In this document: positions 53,901-64,000 of the stretch, in pieces
Numbering within the stretch: position 1 is the first letter of the stretch
How the letters are laid out: each line of letters opens with the position of its first letter
Origin: an uncultured Candidatus Rokubacteria bacterium
GTDB taxonomy: Bacteria > Methylomirabilota > Methylomirabilia > Rokubacteriales > DASRDR01
Length of the DNA stretch: 64,000 nt
Direction of reading: 5' to 3'
Assembly (NCBI GenBank): GCA_963805625.1
Contig: CAWDVE010000010.1
Location: 128,001-192,000 of the forward strand
Position numbers and translations under genes: made by a program
The notes under the pieces: generated by a model
What the model saw: only the letters and a program-made list of their open reading frames with translations
What the model was told of the DNA's origin: nothing
Database searches by the model: none

Positions 53901-56252
53901 ATGGCACAGGCGAAGCTCTTCGGCTCGAGCATCAAGCGGCGCGAGGACCCCCGGATGATCACCGGGCGGGGCCTCTATACCGACGACGTCAAGCTGCCGG
54001 GCCAGACGTACGCCGCCTTCGTGCGGAGCCCTCACGCTCACGCCCGGATACGGCGGGTGGACCTCTCGCGGGCCAAGGGCATGCCCGGGGTCGTGGCGGC
54101 ATATACCGGCAAGGACATGGCGCAGGCTGGCGTGGGTCCGCTGCCGTGCGGGTGGCTCCTCCCCGACATCAAGATCCCCGAGTTCCGCGGGGTCGCCACG
54201 GACAAGGTCAACTTCGTGGGCCACGCGGTCGCGGTCGTGATCGGGGAGACGCCGTACGCGGCCCGGGACGGCGCGGACCAGGTCGTGGTCGACTACGATG
54301 TCCTCCCCGCGGTGACGGACGGCGAGAAGGCCGTGCAGGCGGGGGCGCCCCAGATCCACGACAACGCGCCCGGCAACGTCAGCTTCCGCTGGTCGATCGG
54401 CGACAAGGACAAGACGGCCGCCGCGATCAAGGGCGCCGTCCGCGTCGTCAAGCAGCGCCTGATCAACCACCGCCTCATCCCCAATGCCATCGAGCCGCGG
54501 GCGTCGATGGCCTCGTACAACTCGGCGACGGGCGAGCTCACCCTCTGGGTCACCTCCCAGAACCCCCACGTGCACCGGCTGCTCATGGCGGCGTTCGTCC
54601 TCGGCATGCCGGAGCACAAGGTCCGCGTCATCGCGCCGGACGTCGGAGGTGGCTTCGGCTCCAAGATCTTCCTCTACCCGGAGGAGGTCACCGTCTCCTG
54701 GGCGTCGAAGCAGCTCGGCCGCCCGGTCAAGTGGACCGCGGAGCGCCGCGAGTCGTTCCTCACGGATGCTCACGGCCGGGACCACATCACCGAAGCGGAG
54801 ATGGCGGTCGACCGGGACGGCAAGATCGTCGCCCTCCGGGTCCACACCAACGCGAACCTGGGGGCCTACCTCTCGACCTTCGCACCGCTCATTCCGACCT
54901 TCCTGTACGGCCCGCTCCTCTCGGGGCCGTACAAGATTCCGAACATCTACTGCGAGGTGGTCGGCTCCCTCACGAACACGACGCCAGTCGACGCGCTCCG
55001 AGGCGCGGGGCGGCCCGAAGCGACGTACCTCCTCGAGCGGATGTGCGACCTGACGGCGAAGGCTGTCGGCATGGACGTCGCGGAGTTCCGCCGGCGGAAT
55101 TTCGTGCCGGCCACCGAGTTTCCGTATCAGACGCCGGTGGCGTTCCAGTACGACAGCGGTAACTACGAGCCGGCGCTCGACCGGGCGCTCCAGATGATCG
55201 ACTACCGGAAGTTCCGGGCTGACCAGGAGGCTGCGCGGAAGAAGGGGCGGCACCTGGGGATCGGCTTCTCGACTTACATCGAGGCCTGCGGGCCGGCGCC
55301 CTCGGCCGTGGCGGGCGCTCTCGGCGCCCAGGCGGGCCTCTGGGAGAGCGCGCAGGTGCGCGTCACCCCCACCGGGAAGATCACGGTCTTTACTGGCTCC
55401 CACAGTCACGGCCAGGGGCACGAGACCACCTTTGCCCAGCTGGCCGCCGACGAGCTCCAGGTGCCCTTCGAGGACGTCGAGATCGTCCACGGCGACACGG
55501 GGCAGATCCCGTTCGGCATGGGCACCTACGGCAGCCGCTCGGCCGCCGTGGGCGGCTCGGCGATCTACAGCGCGGTCGAGAAGATCAAGGACAAGGGCAA
55601 GAAGATCGCCGCGCACCTTCTGGAGGCGAACGAGGCCGACATCGAGTACCACGAGGGCAAGTTCGGGGTGCGGGGCTCGCCCGGCCGCGTCAAGACGTTC
55701 GGCGAGGTCGCCCTGATGGCGTACCTGGCGCACAACCTGCCGAAGGGCCTCGAGCCGGGCCTCGAGGCGACGTCCTTCTGGGACCCGAGCAACTTCGTGT
55801 TCCCCTTCGGGACCCACATCGCCATCGTCGAGGTGAGCGCCAAGACCGGCAAGGTGAAGCTCCTGCGCTACGTGGCAGTGGATGACGTCGGACGCGTCAT
55901 CAACCCCATGATCGTGGACGGCATGGTCCACGGTGGGATTGCCCACGGGGTCGCCCAGGCGCTGTACGAGTACGCGGCCTACGACTCGAACGGTCAGCTC
56001 CAGAGCGGGAGCATGATGGACTACGCGCTGCCCAAGGCGGACGATCTCGTCTCCTACGAGACGGACCGGACAGTGACGCCGTCGCCTGTGAACCCCATGG
56101 GCATCAAGGGCGCGGGGGAGACCGGCACCATCGCCTCGACGGCGGCGGTGGCCAACGCGGTCATGGACGCCCTGGCGCCGCTCGGGATCAGCCACCTCGA
56201 CATGCCACTCACGCCGGCCCGGATCTGGGCGGCCATCCAGGCGAAGCACTAG
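53901..56252 (+). CDS. Molybdenum hydroxylase large subunit, form II CoxL-like
   Basis: [15 protein letters not shown], active-site ALRGAGR, HGQGHET, GTYGSRS and KGAGETG motifs. Confidence 0.93.
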   Translation: MAQAKLFGSSIKRREDPRMITGRGLYTDDVKLPGQTYAAFVRSPHAHARIRRVDLSRAKGMPGVVAAYTGKDMAQAGVGPLPCGWLLPDIKIPEFRGVATDKVNFVGHAVAVVIGETPYAARDGADQVVVDYDVLPAVTDGEKAVQAGAPQIHDNAPGNVSFRWSIGDKDKTAAAIKGAVRVVKQRLINHRLIPNAIEPRASMASYNSATGELTLWVTSQNPHVHRLLMAAFVLGMPEHKVRVIAPDVGGGFGSKIFLYPEEVTVSWASKQLGRPVKWTAERRESFLTDAHGRDHITEAEMAVDRDGKIVALRVHTNANLGAYLSTFAPLIPTFLYGPLLSGPYKIPNIYCEVVGSLTNTTPVDALRGAGRPEATYLLERMCDLTAKAVGMDVAEFRRRNFVPATEFPYQTPVAFQYDSGNYEPALDRALQMIDYRKFRADQEAARKKGRHLGIGFSTYIEACGPAPSAVAGALGAQAGLWESAQVRVTPTGKITVFTGSHSHGQGHETTFAQLAADELQVPFEDVEIVHGDTGQIPFGMGTYGSRSAAVGGSAIYSAVEKIKDKGKKIAAHLLEANEADIEYHEGKFGVRGSPGRVKTFGEVALMAYLAHNLPKGLEPGLEATSFWDPSNFVFPFGTHIAIVEVSAKTGKVKLLRYVAVDDVGRVINPMIVDGMVHGGIAHGVAQALYEYAAYDSNGQLQSGSMMDYALPKADDLVSYETDRTVTPSPVNPMGIKGAGETGTIASTAAVANAVMDALAPLGISHLDMPLTPARIWAAIQAKH

Positions 56253-56273
56253 CCCCAGAGGGCGGAGGACGCC

Positions 56274-57146
56274 ATGTATCCTGCGAGCTTCGAGTACCAC
56301 CGGGCCGCGACCGTCGAGGAGGCGGTTGGCCTCCTGACCCGCTACAAGGACGACGCCAAGCTCCTGGCCGGCGGGCACAGCTTGATTCCGATGATGAAGC
56401 TCCGCCTCGCCCAGCCCAAGCACCTCGTCGACATCGGACGCGTCAGCGGCCTGTCCGGAGTCCGAGAGGAAGGTGGCCACTTCGTGATCGGAGCACTGGC
56501 CACCCACTTCGCGGTCGAGTCGAGCACCGCGGTCCGGCAGAAGTGCCCCATGCTCTCCGAGGCAGCCGCGCTGATCGGGGATCCCCAGGTTCGCAACTAC
56601 GGCACCGTCGGCGGCAGCGTGGCCCACTCGGATCCGGCGGCGGACTGGCCGGCCGTCATGCTGGCGCTCGGCGCCGAGATCAAGGCGGTCGGGCCCAAGG
56701 GTGCGCGGACGATCAAGGTCGACGACTTCTTCAAGGACCTCTTCACCACCGCGCTCGGATCGGACGAGGTGCTGACGGAGATCCGGATCCCGACCGGGGG
56801 ACACGGCGGCGCCGCGTACATGAAGCACCCGCACCCGGCGTCCCGCTTCGCGGTGGCGGGGGTCGCGGCCGCCGTCACGCTCGACGCGGCGGGCAAGTGC
56901 ACGGCGGCCCGCGTGGGCATCACGGGCGTGGGCTCCCACGCCACCCGGGCCAAGGAAGTCGAGGCGGCGCTTGTTGGCAAGACCCTCGACGCGGCGACGA
57001 TCGCCGCGGCCTCCCAGAAGGCGGCCGAGGGCATCGACATCAACGCCGACCTCCAGGGTTCGGTCGAGTACAAGGCGCACCTCACGCGCGTGTACACGCG
57101 GCGGGCGCTCGAGCGCGCCGTCGAGCGAGCCAAGGGCGCGAAGTAG
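56274..57146 (+). CDS. coxM: Molybdenum hydroxylase medium FAD subunit
   Basis: LAGGHSLIPMMKLRLA and IGDPQVRN.GT.GGS...DP motifs. Confidence 0.93.
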   Translation: MYPASFEYHRAATVEEAVGLLTRYKDDAKLLAGGHSLIPMMKLRLAQPKHLVDIGRVSGLSGVREEGGHFVIGALATHFAVESSTAVRQKCPMLSEAAALIGDPQVRNYGTVGGSVAHSDPAADWPAVMLALGAEIKAVGPKGARTIKVDDFFKDLFTTALGSDEVLTEIRIPTGGHGGAAYMKHPHPASRFAVAGVAAAVTLDAAGKCTAARVGITGVGSHATRAKEVEAALVGKTLDAATIAAASQKAAEGIDINADLQGSVEYKAHLTRVYTRRALERAVERAKGAK

Positions 57147-57166
57147 GCCGCGACGCGCAGGACGCT

Positions 57167-57210
57167 GAAGGCCCGGGCGCGTCCCTCCACGGGAAGCGTC
57201 CCGGGCCTTC
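57167..57210 (+). terminator. Stem-loop between the structural and accessory cox genes
   Basis: GAAGGCCCGGG...CCCGGGCCTTC 11-bp stem; no U tract. Confidence 0.5.
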
Positions 57211-57231
57211 GTGCTCCCGGGCGGGTCCGCA

Positions 57232-57828
57232 GTGATCGCGGCGATCGTCCTCGCGGCCGGGGCGTCGACACGGATGGGGCGGCAGAAGCTCACACTTCCG
57301 ATGGCCGACGGGCGGCCTCTCGTCCGGGTCGCGGTCGAGCAGGTGCTCGCGGCAGGGGTCGACGACACGGTCGTCGTTCTGGGCGGAGACGCCGAGGCGG
57401 TTGCCCTCGCCTTGGCCCCGCTACCCGTGCGGACCGTGGTGAATCCCCGCTACGCCGAGGGGCAGTCCACGTCCCTCCGGGCGGGCCTCGATGCGCTGCG
57501 GTCCGGGACGGACGCCGCCGTCGTGGCCCTCGGGGACCAGCCCCTGCCGGATCCGGACGTGATCCATCGTTTGGTCATGGCGTTCCGGACGTCGGGCCGC
57601 CCGATCGCCGTGCCCGTCTACCGGGACGGTCGGGGCAACCCGATCCTCTTCGCGGCCGCGCTCTTCGGTGAGCTTCGGGCCGTGACGGGCGACCGGGGTG
57701 GGCGCGAGGTGATCACCCGCGACCCCGCGCGGGTGGCCGAGGTGCCCGTCGACACCTTGATGCCGGTCGACATCGACACGCCCGAGGACTACGACGCGGC
57801 GCGCCGGGCGAAGGCGCGAGGGGAGTAG
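57232..57828 (+). CDS. mocA: Molybdenum cofactor cytidylyltransferase-like
   Basis: LAAGASTRMG..K, GQSTSL, LGDQP, GNP.LF, GDRG.R and DIDTPED motifs. Confidence 0.85.
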   Translation: MIAAIVLAAGASTRMGRQKLTLPMADGRPLVRVAVEQVLAAGVDDTVVVLGGDAEAVALALAPLPVRTVVNPRYAEGQSTSLRAGLDALRSGTDAAVVALGDQPLPDPDVIHRLVMAFRTSGRPIAVPVYRDGRGNPILFAAALFGELRAVTGDRGGREVITRDPARVAEVPVDTLMPVDIDTPEDYDAARRAKARGE

Positions 57829-57910
57829 CCCCGCGGCGCCCGCTGATACAATGTCTGGCTGGGGGTGGCCGGGGCGGCCCTCCACATACCACGTCGACCG
57901 AGGAGCCCGC

Positions 57911-58795
57911 ATGCGCGAGGAGATCCGACAGATCCAGGCCCTGATGGAAGGGGCCGCCTACATCACCGACCCGGCGATCTCGACGGCCGTGCACTTGGCG
58001 ACCACGCTCCGGAAGCCCCTTCTGGTCGAGGGCCACGCGGGCGTCGGCAAGACGGAGATCGCCAAGGTCCTCGCGCGGGTCCGCGCTACGAACCTGATCC
58101 GGCTCCAGTGCTACGAGGGCCTCGATGCCTCGACGGCGCTCTACGAGTGGAACTACCCGAAGCAGATCCTCCGGATCCGGCTCGAGGAGCGGGACGAGCG
58201 GTCGGTGTCGGAGAAGGAGGCGGACATCTTCTCGGAGGCCTTTCTCCTGAAGCGCCCGCTGCTCCAGGCCATCACGCAGACGGACCGGGCGCCCGTCCTC
58301 CTCATCGACGAGATCGACCGGGCCGACATCGAGTTCGAGAGCTTCCTCCTCGAGGTGCTGTCCGACTTCCAGGTGACGGTGCCGGAGATCGGGACGATCA
58401 CGGCCGCGCACCGTCCCGACGTCGTGCTGACGTCGAACCGCTCGCGCGACCTCTCCGACGCCCTCCGCCGGCGGTGCCTGTATCTCTGGATCGACTACCC
58501 CTCCTTCGAGAAGGAGGTGCGCATCCTCCGGACGAAGGTGCCCGGGCTCAACGAGCGGCTGGCCGGGCAGATCGCGCGGGTCATGCAGAACCTCAGGCGC
58601 CGGCAGCTCCAGAAGGTTCCCGGGGTGGCCGAGAGCCTCGACTGGGGAGCGGCCCTCGTCGCCCTCCACGCGGACCACCTCGACGCCGAGCTCGTGCGGG
58701 AGACGCTCGGGTGCGTGCTGAAGGAGGTCGACGACGTCAAGCGCATCGAGGCCGATCTCGCCGCGGGGCGGCTCTCCGAGCTGCTCGAGGGCTGA
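57911..58795 (+). CDS. MoxR-type AAA+ ATPase (CoxD-like)
   Basis: GHAGVGKT, RLQCYEGLD, LLIDEID and DALRRRC motifs. Confidence 0.92.
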   Translation: MREEIRQIQALMEGAAYITDPAISTAVHLATTLRKPLLVEGHAGVGKTEIAKVLARVRATNLIRLQCYEGLDASTALYEWNYPKQILRIRLEERDERSVSEKEADIFSEAFLLKRPLLQAITQTDRAPVLLIDEIDRADIEFESFLLEVLSDFQVTVPEIGTITAAHRPDVVLTSNRSRDLSDALRRRCLYLWIDYPSFEKEVRILRTKVPGLNERLAGQIARVMQNLRRRQLQKVPGVAESLDWGAALVALHADHLDAELVRETLGCVLKEVDDVKRIEADLAAGRLSELLEG

Positions 58796-58861
58796 GCCGG
58801 GTTCCGGCGTGACGACCCTGGCGCGCCGACCAACGTCGCCGGGACCGGTTCCCGGACGGCG

Positions 58862-60007
58862 ATGACGGTCACGGCGGCGCCGCGTCCGCGCGACCTCCTG
58901 ACCGGCACGGTCCGCTTCTGCCGTCTCCTGCGAGCCCGCGGGCTCGCGATCACGCCGTCCGAGAGCCACGACGCGGTCCGGGCGCTCGAGGTGGTCGACC
59001 TCGGCGACCGCGCCGAGGTCCACCGGGCGCTCCGGACGGTGCTCGCCACCCGCCCCGAGGAGTTCCCGGTCTTCGACGCGACCTTCGACGCGTTCTGGGG
59101 CGGGCTGGCCACCGCTGCCGCGCCGCCCGGAGAGATGGCGGCCCCGGACGCGCCCCAGGTCAACGCCCACTTCCCGAAGGCCAAGGACGCCGCGCTCGAC
59201 TTCTCGGGCTGGACCGACGTGGGCGAGGGGGAGGGCGAGCCCGTCGGGCTTCCTGGCGTCTCGGACCTCGACTCGACCATGGGCAAGGACTTCTCGAGCT
59301 TCGGGGCGGCCGACCTGACGGAGGTCGAGCGCCTGGCCGCCCAGATCGCCCGCCGCCTGGCGACCCGGCGGAGCCGGCGGCTCAAGCCCTCGCGCCGGCG
59401 CGGCCGGGTGGACCTCCGGCGGACGGTCCGGCTGTCCCTGACGCGCGGGGAGCTGATCGACCTCGCTCGGCGCGAGCGGAAGATCCAGAAGACGAAGCTC
59501 GTCATCTTCTGCGACGTCTCCGGATCGATGGACCTCTACAGCCGGCTGCTCCTCCAGTTCCTGTACGCGATGCAGAACAACCTCGGGCGGATGGAGACGT
59601 TCGTGTTCTCGACGCGGCTCCACCGGATCACCGAGGACCTCCGCCACGCGTCGTACCGGGGCGCGCTCGCGAGACTGGGCGACGTCCGGGACTGGTCGGG
59701 TGGGACGAAGATCGGCGAGAGCCTCCGCGCCTTCAACGCGGAATGGCCCAAGCTCCTCGACCGCGACACCGTCGTGATCGTGCTCTCCGACGGCTGGGAC
59801 ACGGGCGAGCCCGTGATTCTGGCCGAGGCACTCCGGACGATGCGCCGGCGCGCCGGGAAGCTGATCTGGCTGAACCCTCTTCTCGGGAGCCCGGACTACC
59901 AGCCGCTCACGCAGGGGATGCAGGCCGCGTTGCCGGAGATCGACGCTTTCCTGCCGGCCCACAACCTCGAGTCGTTCCGGGCGCTGGCGCGGCATCTGAA
60001 GCCCTGA
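58862..60007 (+). CDS. CoxE-like VWA domain protein
   Basis: DVSGSM MIDAS motif, FVFSTRL, GGTKIG, SDGWD and WLNP. Confidence 0.92.
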   Translation: MTVTAAPRPRDLLTGTVRFCRLLRARGLAITPSESHDAVRALEVVDLGDRAEVHRALRTVLATRPEEFPVFDATFDAFWGGLATAAAPPGEMAAPDAPQVNAHFPKAKDAALDFSGWTDVGEGEGEPVGLPGVSDLDSTMGKDFSSFGAADLTEVERLAAQIARRLATRRSRRLKPSRRRGRVDLRRTVRLSLTRGELIDLARRERKIQKTKLVIFCDVSGSMDLYSRLLLQFLYAMQNNLGRMETFVFSTRLHRITEDLRHASYRGALARLGDVRDWSGGTKIGESLRAFNAEWPKLLDRDTVVIVLSDGWDTGEPVILAEALRTMRRRAGKLIWLNPLLGSPDYQPLTQGMQAALPEIDAFLPAHNLESFRALARHLKP

Positions 60008-60036
60008 ACGGACGGGCGGATCGAAGGCGGCCCGCG

Positions 60037-60788
60037 ATGGCACGCCCTGTCCTGGATGACGAATTGCCTGTGAATCTAAGCTCGAACCCGACCTTCTAGA
60101 CGGTCCTCGCGGCCCGGCTCTCCCGTCGTGGATTCCTTGGCGGCATCGCCGCCGGTCTGGCCACGCTCGCGGCGACGGAGGCCGGCGCGCGCGGCGCGGC
60201 GGAGGCGCAGGCGACTCTCCCGTTCACCCCGGTGACGGCATCCGGCGAGACCGTGACCAAGACGCGCGAGATGTGCGACGTCGAAGTGGCCGCCCACGGC
60301 TTCACGGTAGTCGAGATCGTGCGGGGCGACCGTGGCGAGTGGAGGGTCGTCAAGGATTCGCCGCTCAACCGACGGATCATGGGTGCCACGCCCATGGCGC
60401 TCCGGGGACCGGCGGCGGGACACCCGCTCCTGAGCCCGGCCCCCGGACCGGGAAGGTCTACTGCGTGATGACGAGCAACGACGCCCGCAGGCCCGAGCAG
60501 GTGGACAGAGCCAACCCGCGCACTGACGTGGCCACACCTGACAACCCGCCTTCGACGACCAGGGGCGGCTTTGGGTTGCCACCGACGGGATGGGCAACAC
60601 GCTGAGTGCCAACGACGCCGTCTTCATGGTCGAGACCGAGGGGCCGCTCCGTGGGCGCACGCCGGCCGACCGGATGCGAGGTCTGTGGGCCGGCCTTCAG
60701 ACCCTATAATCGGACCTTCTTCGTGTCGATCCAGCATCCGGATCTCGTCGCAATCTATCGTGAGGACGGAGGCAAGGTCGGTCAGTAG
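60037..60788 (+). pseudogene. phoX: Heavily deleted PhoX (Tat-exported alkaline phosphatase) remnant
   Basis: SSNPTF*TVLAARLSRRGFL (Tat motif after a premature TAG); AHG.TVVEI, NRRI..TPM..GPAAG, GKVY..MT.N, ANPR, PDN, ATDG and E.CGP.F.P..TFFVSIQHP fragments in shifting frames within about 750 bp. Confidence 0.85.
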
Positions 60789-61146
60789 AGTCGACGTCCA
60801 ACAGCCGAGGTCGCCGTCAGGCGCCAGCCGGACGGACGGTGGGAACCGATGGAGAGCGTGGTGGCGCCGCCTGCGCCCCCCGGGACGGCCGGCTTCTGGT
60901 GCTGGAAGCACAGCGCCACTATGACCAGTCGCTGACCCTGGGGGGCGGGGGCGGCGGCGGCGGCTCGGATTGGTCTCGCCAGCCTCGCGCTCGAGAGCGG
61001 CGATACCGGGGAGGCTGCCCGGCATCTCGCCGCGACCCGGGCGCTCGATCCGTCCTTACCGGCGTTATTGCTGAGCGATCTCGCGACTCGCATCGCGCGG
61101 CCGTAGCGCGCCCCCCGTCCGCCGGGCCGCTGCTACAATAGGCGGC

Positions 61147-62307
61147 ATGAGTGAGCTCTTCGATCAGATCGACTCCCTCCGTCGAGTCGAGGGCAAGGCG
61201 GCCCTGGCCACCCTCGTGAGCACCCACGGCACTACGCCCCGAAAGGAAGGGGCGAAGATGTGGGTGGGAGAGGATGGTCGCATCCTCGGGTCGGTCACGA
61301 TCGGCGGCTGTGTGGACGCCGAGGTGATGGCGGAGGCCGAGGACGTTCTCTTGGGGGCGCGGCCGAAGCTCCTCTCGCTCGACCTCGGGGACGAGGACGC
61401 CTGGGAGATCGGGCTCACGTGCGGGGGCACGATCGAGGTTTTCCTCGAGCCGGTCGCGCTCGGCGCGGGGCCGGCGCCGGACGGTGCACTCGCGCTCTAC
61501 GAGACGCTCCGGGGGCACGTCGCGGCCGGCGGCTCGGGGGCGATCCTCACGCGGATGGACCCGCCCGACGCTGGCGCCAAGCTCCTGCTCCTCGACGACG
61601 GGCGCCGAGTCGGATCGCTGGGCGATCAGGCGCTCGACGCGGCCGCTCCTGTGGCGGCTCGCGGGCCCCTGGTGACGGGCATCTCGCGGACCGTGGGGCT
61701 CGGCCCGGGCGAGGCGCTGCGGGTGTTCGTCGAAGTGCACCTGCCGCCGCCGACCCTGCTCGTCGTGGGTGGGAGTCACGTCGCGATGCCGCTCGTGACC
61801 CTGGCGCGATCCCTCGGGTACCGCACGGTGGTCGTGGATGGCCGTCCGCGGCTTGCGACCCGTGAGCGGTTCCCCGACGTGGACGAGCTCCTGGTCGGGA
61901 TTCCCTCGGAGCTCGTGCGGCGGATTCCATTGCACCCGACGACCGCGCTCGTGCTCGTGGCGCACGATTACAAGTACGACCTGCCCGTGCTTCGCCACGC
62001 GCTCGCCGGCGAGGTGGGCTACATCGGGATGCTCGGGAGCCGCCGCCGGGGGGACGCAATCCTCCGCATGCTTCGCGAGGAGGGAGTGTCCGAGGAATCC
62101 CTCGCGCGGATCCGGGTGCCGATCGGCCTCGATCTTGGCGCCAAGACGGCGCCCGAGATCGCGCTGGCGATCCTGGCCGAGATCGTCGCGTCCCGCTATG
62201 GTGGCACGGGCCGACCGCTCGCGCTGGCCAAGCCGGCCCGGCCGGTCTCGGTCGACGCCGATGCACCGCCGACCGGACTCGCGGTGACGCCGGATTCCCG
62301 CGCGTGA
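61147..62307 (+). CDS. XdhC/CoxF family Moco chaperone
   Basis: GTTPRKEGAKM, GGCVD, GLTCGG, HDYKYD, YIGMLGS and PIGLDLGAKTAPEIAL motifs. Confidence 0.92.
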   Translation: MSELFDQIDSLRRVEGKAALATLVSTHGTTPRKEGAKMWVGEDGRILGSVTIGGCVDAEVMAEAEDVLLGARPKLLSLDLGDEDAWEIGLTCGGTIEVFLEPVALGAGPAPDGALALYETLRGHVAAGGSGAILTRMDPPDAGAKLLLLDDGRRVGSLGDQALDAAAPVAARGPLVTGISRTVGLGPGEALRVFVEVHLPPPTLLVVGGSHVAMPLVTLARSLGYRTVVVDGRPRLATRERFPDVDELLVGIPSELVRRIPLHPTTALVLVAHDYKYDLPVLRHALAGEVGYIGMLGSRRRGDAILRMLREEGVSEESLARIRVPIGLDLGAKTAPEIALAILAEIVASRYGGTGRPLALAKPARPVSVDADAPPTGLAVTPDSRA

Positions 62308-63347
62308 AGGCGCACGCCCTCGTTCCGTCCGATGCGAGCGCGGAGCGTCTCGTCGGCTGGGTGCTGGCCCACGACGTCCGCGACGCGGCGGGCGCATTGC
62401 TGGGACGCAAGGGGGATCGCCTCGACCCGGCCGGCGCCGCACGGCTCGTCGCCGGTTCCCATGGGGAGGTTCACCTCCTCGAGATGGAATCCGGCGACCT
62501 CCACGAGGATCCGGCCGGCGAGCGCGTGGCGCGCGCCGTCGCGGGCGCAGGTGTCTCGGTCCGGGACTCGACGAGCGGCCAGTGGGCGATCGTCGCGGGG
62601 CAGCGGGGGATCCTGCGGGTGGCGACCGCTTCCCTCGCTGCCGTGAACGGTCTCGAGGGGGTGTCGGTCTACACGCTCTTCGACGGCCAGGTGGTCGACG
62701 CCGGCGAGGTGGTCGCGCGCGCGAAGGTCACGCCCCTGGTTGTCGCCGAGAGCGTGGTCCGCGAGGTCGAGGAGCGCAGCCGGCAGAGCGGCGGATGCGT
62801 GGAGGTGGATCCCTTCCACGGACAGCCCGTGGGTGCAGTCGCGCCGGCCAGCCTCTCACCCCGGGCCCGCGCGCGGTTCGAGGCCGTCCTTCGCGAGAAG
62901 CTCGACTGGTTCGGGGCGCCGCTGGCGAGTCTCGCCTATCCGGAGGCCGAGACCGCAGCGCTGCGTCAGGCTGTCCAGGAGTCGATCGCTGCCGGGGCAC
63001 GCATCATCGTCGTCGCCGGAGCCAACGCGCTCGATCCGCTCGATCCCGTTTTCACGGCGCTCGAGGGGATCGGCGGCCGGCTCGTCCGGAAAGGCGTGCC
63101 GGCGCACCCGGGGAGTCTCCTGTGGGTCGCGCGCGTGGGCTCGATCCCGGTGCTCGGCATGCCGGGGTGCGGCATGTTCTCTCAGGCGACCCTCTTCGAC
63201 TTGCTGCTCCCGCGCCTCCTGGCGGGGGAGACCGTCGGAGCGGAGGAACTCGCGGCGTACGGTCATGGGGGTCTCCTCGGGCGCGAAATGGCCTTCCGGT
63301 TCCCGCCCTACCGTGCCGGGCGTGATCGCGGCACGCTGCCGGAGTAG
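62304..63347 (+). CDS. Molybdopterin-binding (MoeA/MogA-like domain) protein
   Basis: LAHD, GDLHED, AKVTPL, DPLD, GVPAHPGSLLW, GMPGC, FDLLLPRL and GHGGLL motifs. Confidence 0.75.
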   Translation: MKAHALVPSDASAERLVGWVLAHDVRDAAGALLGRKGDRLDPAGAARLVAGSHGEVHLLEMESGDLHEDPAGERVARAVAGAGVSVRDSTSGQWAIVAGQRGILRVATASLAAVNGLEGVSVYTLFDGQVVDAGEVVARAKVTPLVVAESVVREVEERSRQSGGCVEVDPFHGQPVGAVAPASLSPRARARFEAVLREKLDWFGAPLASLAYPEAETAALRQAVQESIAAGARIIVVAGANALDPLDPVFTALEGIGGRLVRKGVPAHPGSLLWVARVGSIPVLGMPGCGMFSQATLFDLLLPRLLAGETVGAEELAAYGHGGLLGREMAFRFPPYRAGRDRGTLPE

Positions 63348-63389
63348 CGGACGCGACTGGGTCATCCAGTTCACGAGAGAGTGATGTCT

Positions 63390-63433
63390 AAACAACCGTC
63401 GTGGTTGATTGATCCTGTTCAGAGTGATAGGGT
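63390..63433 (+). promoter_or_regulatory. Promoter with overlapping dyad upstream of sufU
   Basis: TTGATT-17-TAGGGT with extended TG; dyad AAACAACC-GTCGT-GGTTGATT overlaps the -35. Confidence 0.5.
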
Positions 63434-63439
63434 ACGCGC

Positions 63440-63892
63440 GTGACGGCCCCACTTTACGGCGGCGTGGTCCTCGAGCGTTTCCGGCATCCGCGTCACTTCG
63501 GGGAGCTCCCAGGGGCCGATGCGGTCCACGAGGACGTCAACCCTCTCTGTGGCGATCGCCTTCGGGTCGAGCTTCGCTTCGGCGCCGACCGCGAGGTGGA
63601 GACCGTCCGCTTCCAGGGGGACGCCTGCGCGATCGCGACGGCCTCCGCCGATCTCCTGGCCGAGATGGTGGAGGGCCACTCGGTGACCGATGCGCTCCGG
63701 CTCGAGCGGGACGCGCTGCTCGCGGCGCTCGAGGCGCCGATCCGGGCGTCCCGGCTTCCCTGTGTCTCCCTGCCGCTGGCCGTGCTCCGCGGGGCGCTGG
63801 GCGCCGGCGCCGAGCGCATCGCCGCAGCCCGCGGACGTGACGCGGCGCCGGCCGGCCCGGGCACCTCGGGCATCGCGGGAGAGCGACGGTGA
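63440..63892 (+). CDS. sufU: SufU/IscU family Fe-S scaffold or sulfur-transfer protein
   Basis: [15 protein letters not shown] and SRLPCV, with three conserved Cys. Confidence 0.85.
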   Translation: MTAPLYGGVVLERFRHPRHFGELPGADAVHEDVNPLCGDRLRVELRFGADREVETVRFQGDACAIATASADLLAEMVEGHSVTDALRLERDALLAALEAPIRASRLPCVSLPLAVLRGALGAGAERIAAARGRDAAPAGPGTSGIAGERR

Positions 63893-64000
63893 GCCTCGCC
63901 GACCGGGTCCGTCCGGACTTTCCGATCCTCTCCCGCACCATCGAGGGACGCCGGCTCGTCTACCTCGACTCGGCGGCGACGGCCCAGAAGCCGCGTCCGG
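63889..64000 (+). CDS. sufS: SufS-type cysteine desulfurase, N-terminal fragment (runs off the window)
   Basis: GTG start giving [34 protein letters not shown]. Confidence 0.88.
   Translation, partial: MSLADRVRPDFPILSRTIEGRRLVYLDSAATAQKPRP

Noticed and set aside
53901-56252. Aerobic CO dehydrogenase (form I) call
   Set aside because: It lacks the AYxCSFR Cu-binding motif and has S-L-M rather than M-S-L gene order.
60790-61130. Possible further gene remnant (LLVLEAQRHYDQSL)
   Set aside because: Too short and degenerate to assign to a family.

Overview
The window is two unrelated sequences joined at about position 15402. Bases 1-15402 have moderate GC and look like a methanogenic archaeon (Methanomicrobiales-like, by inference). 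They carry a U32 protein, aroD, a rhodanese and an approximately 8 kb minus-strand aromatic amino acid operon: aroA' x2, aroB', tyrA, pheA, aroA, aroK-aroE, aroC. Several of these genes are broken by single-base indels that look like read errors. Bases 15403-64000 come from a very GC-rich bacterium (Rokubacteria/Methylomirabilota-like, by inference). They carry housekeeping and cofactor genes: tldDE, moeA, two xdhC, a selenocysteine-containing selD, a thrC-like/sulfur-carrier/moeB cluster, rlmN-mtaB-mtnP, larEBC, a form II-like coxG-SLM cluster with accessory genes, a phoX remnant and sufU-sufS. The strongest novel signal is a 59-codon ORF (15327-15148, minus strand, just below the ORF-track cutoff) directly upstream of the archaeal aro operon. 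Of its last 19 codons, 15 encode Phe, Tyr or Trp, and it is followed by a hairpin that pairs with the Shine-Dalgarno region of the first operon gene. This is a candidate archaeal leader-peptide attenuator sensing aromatic amino acids. A dispersed 113-bp double-hairpin repeat and several candidate operators and structured RNAs are also reported. All calls come from reading the sequence; no database searches were run.
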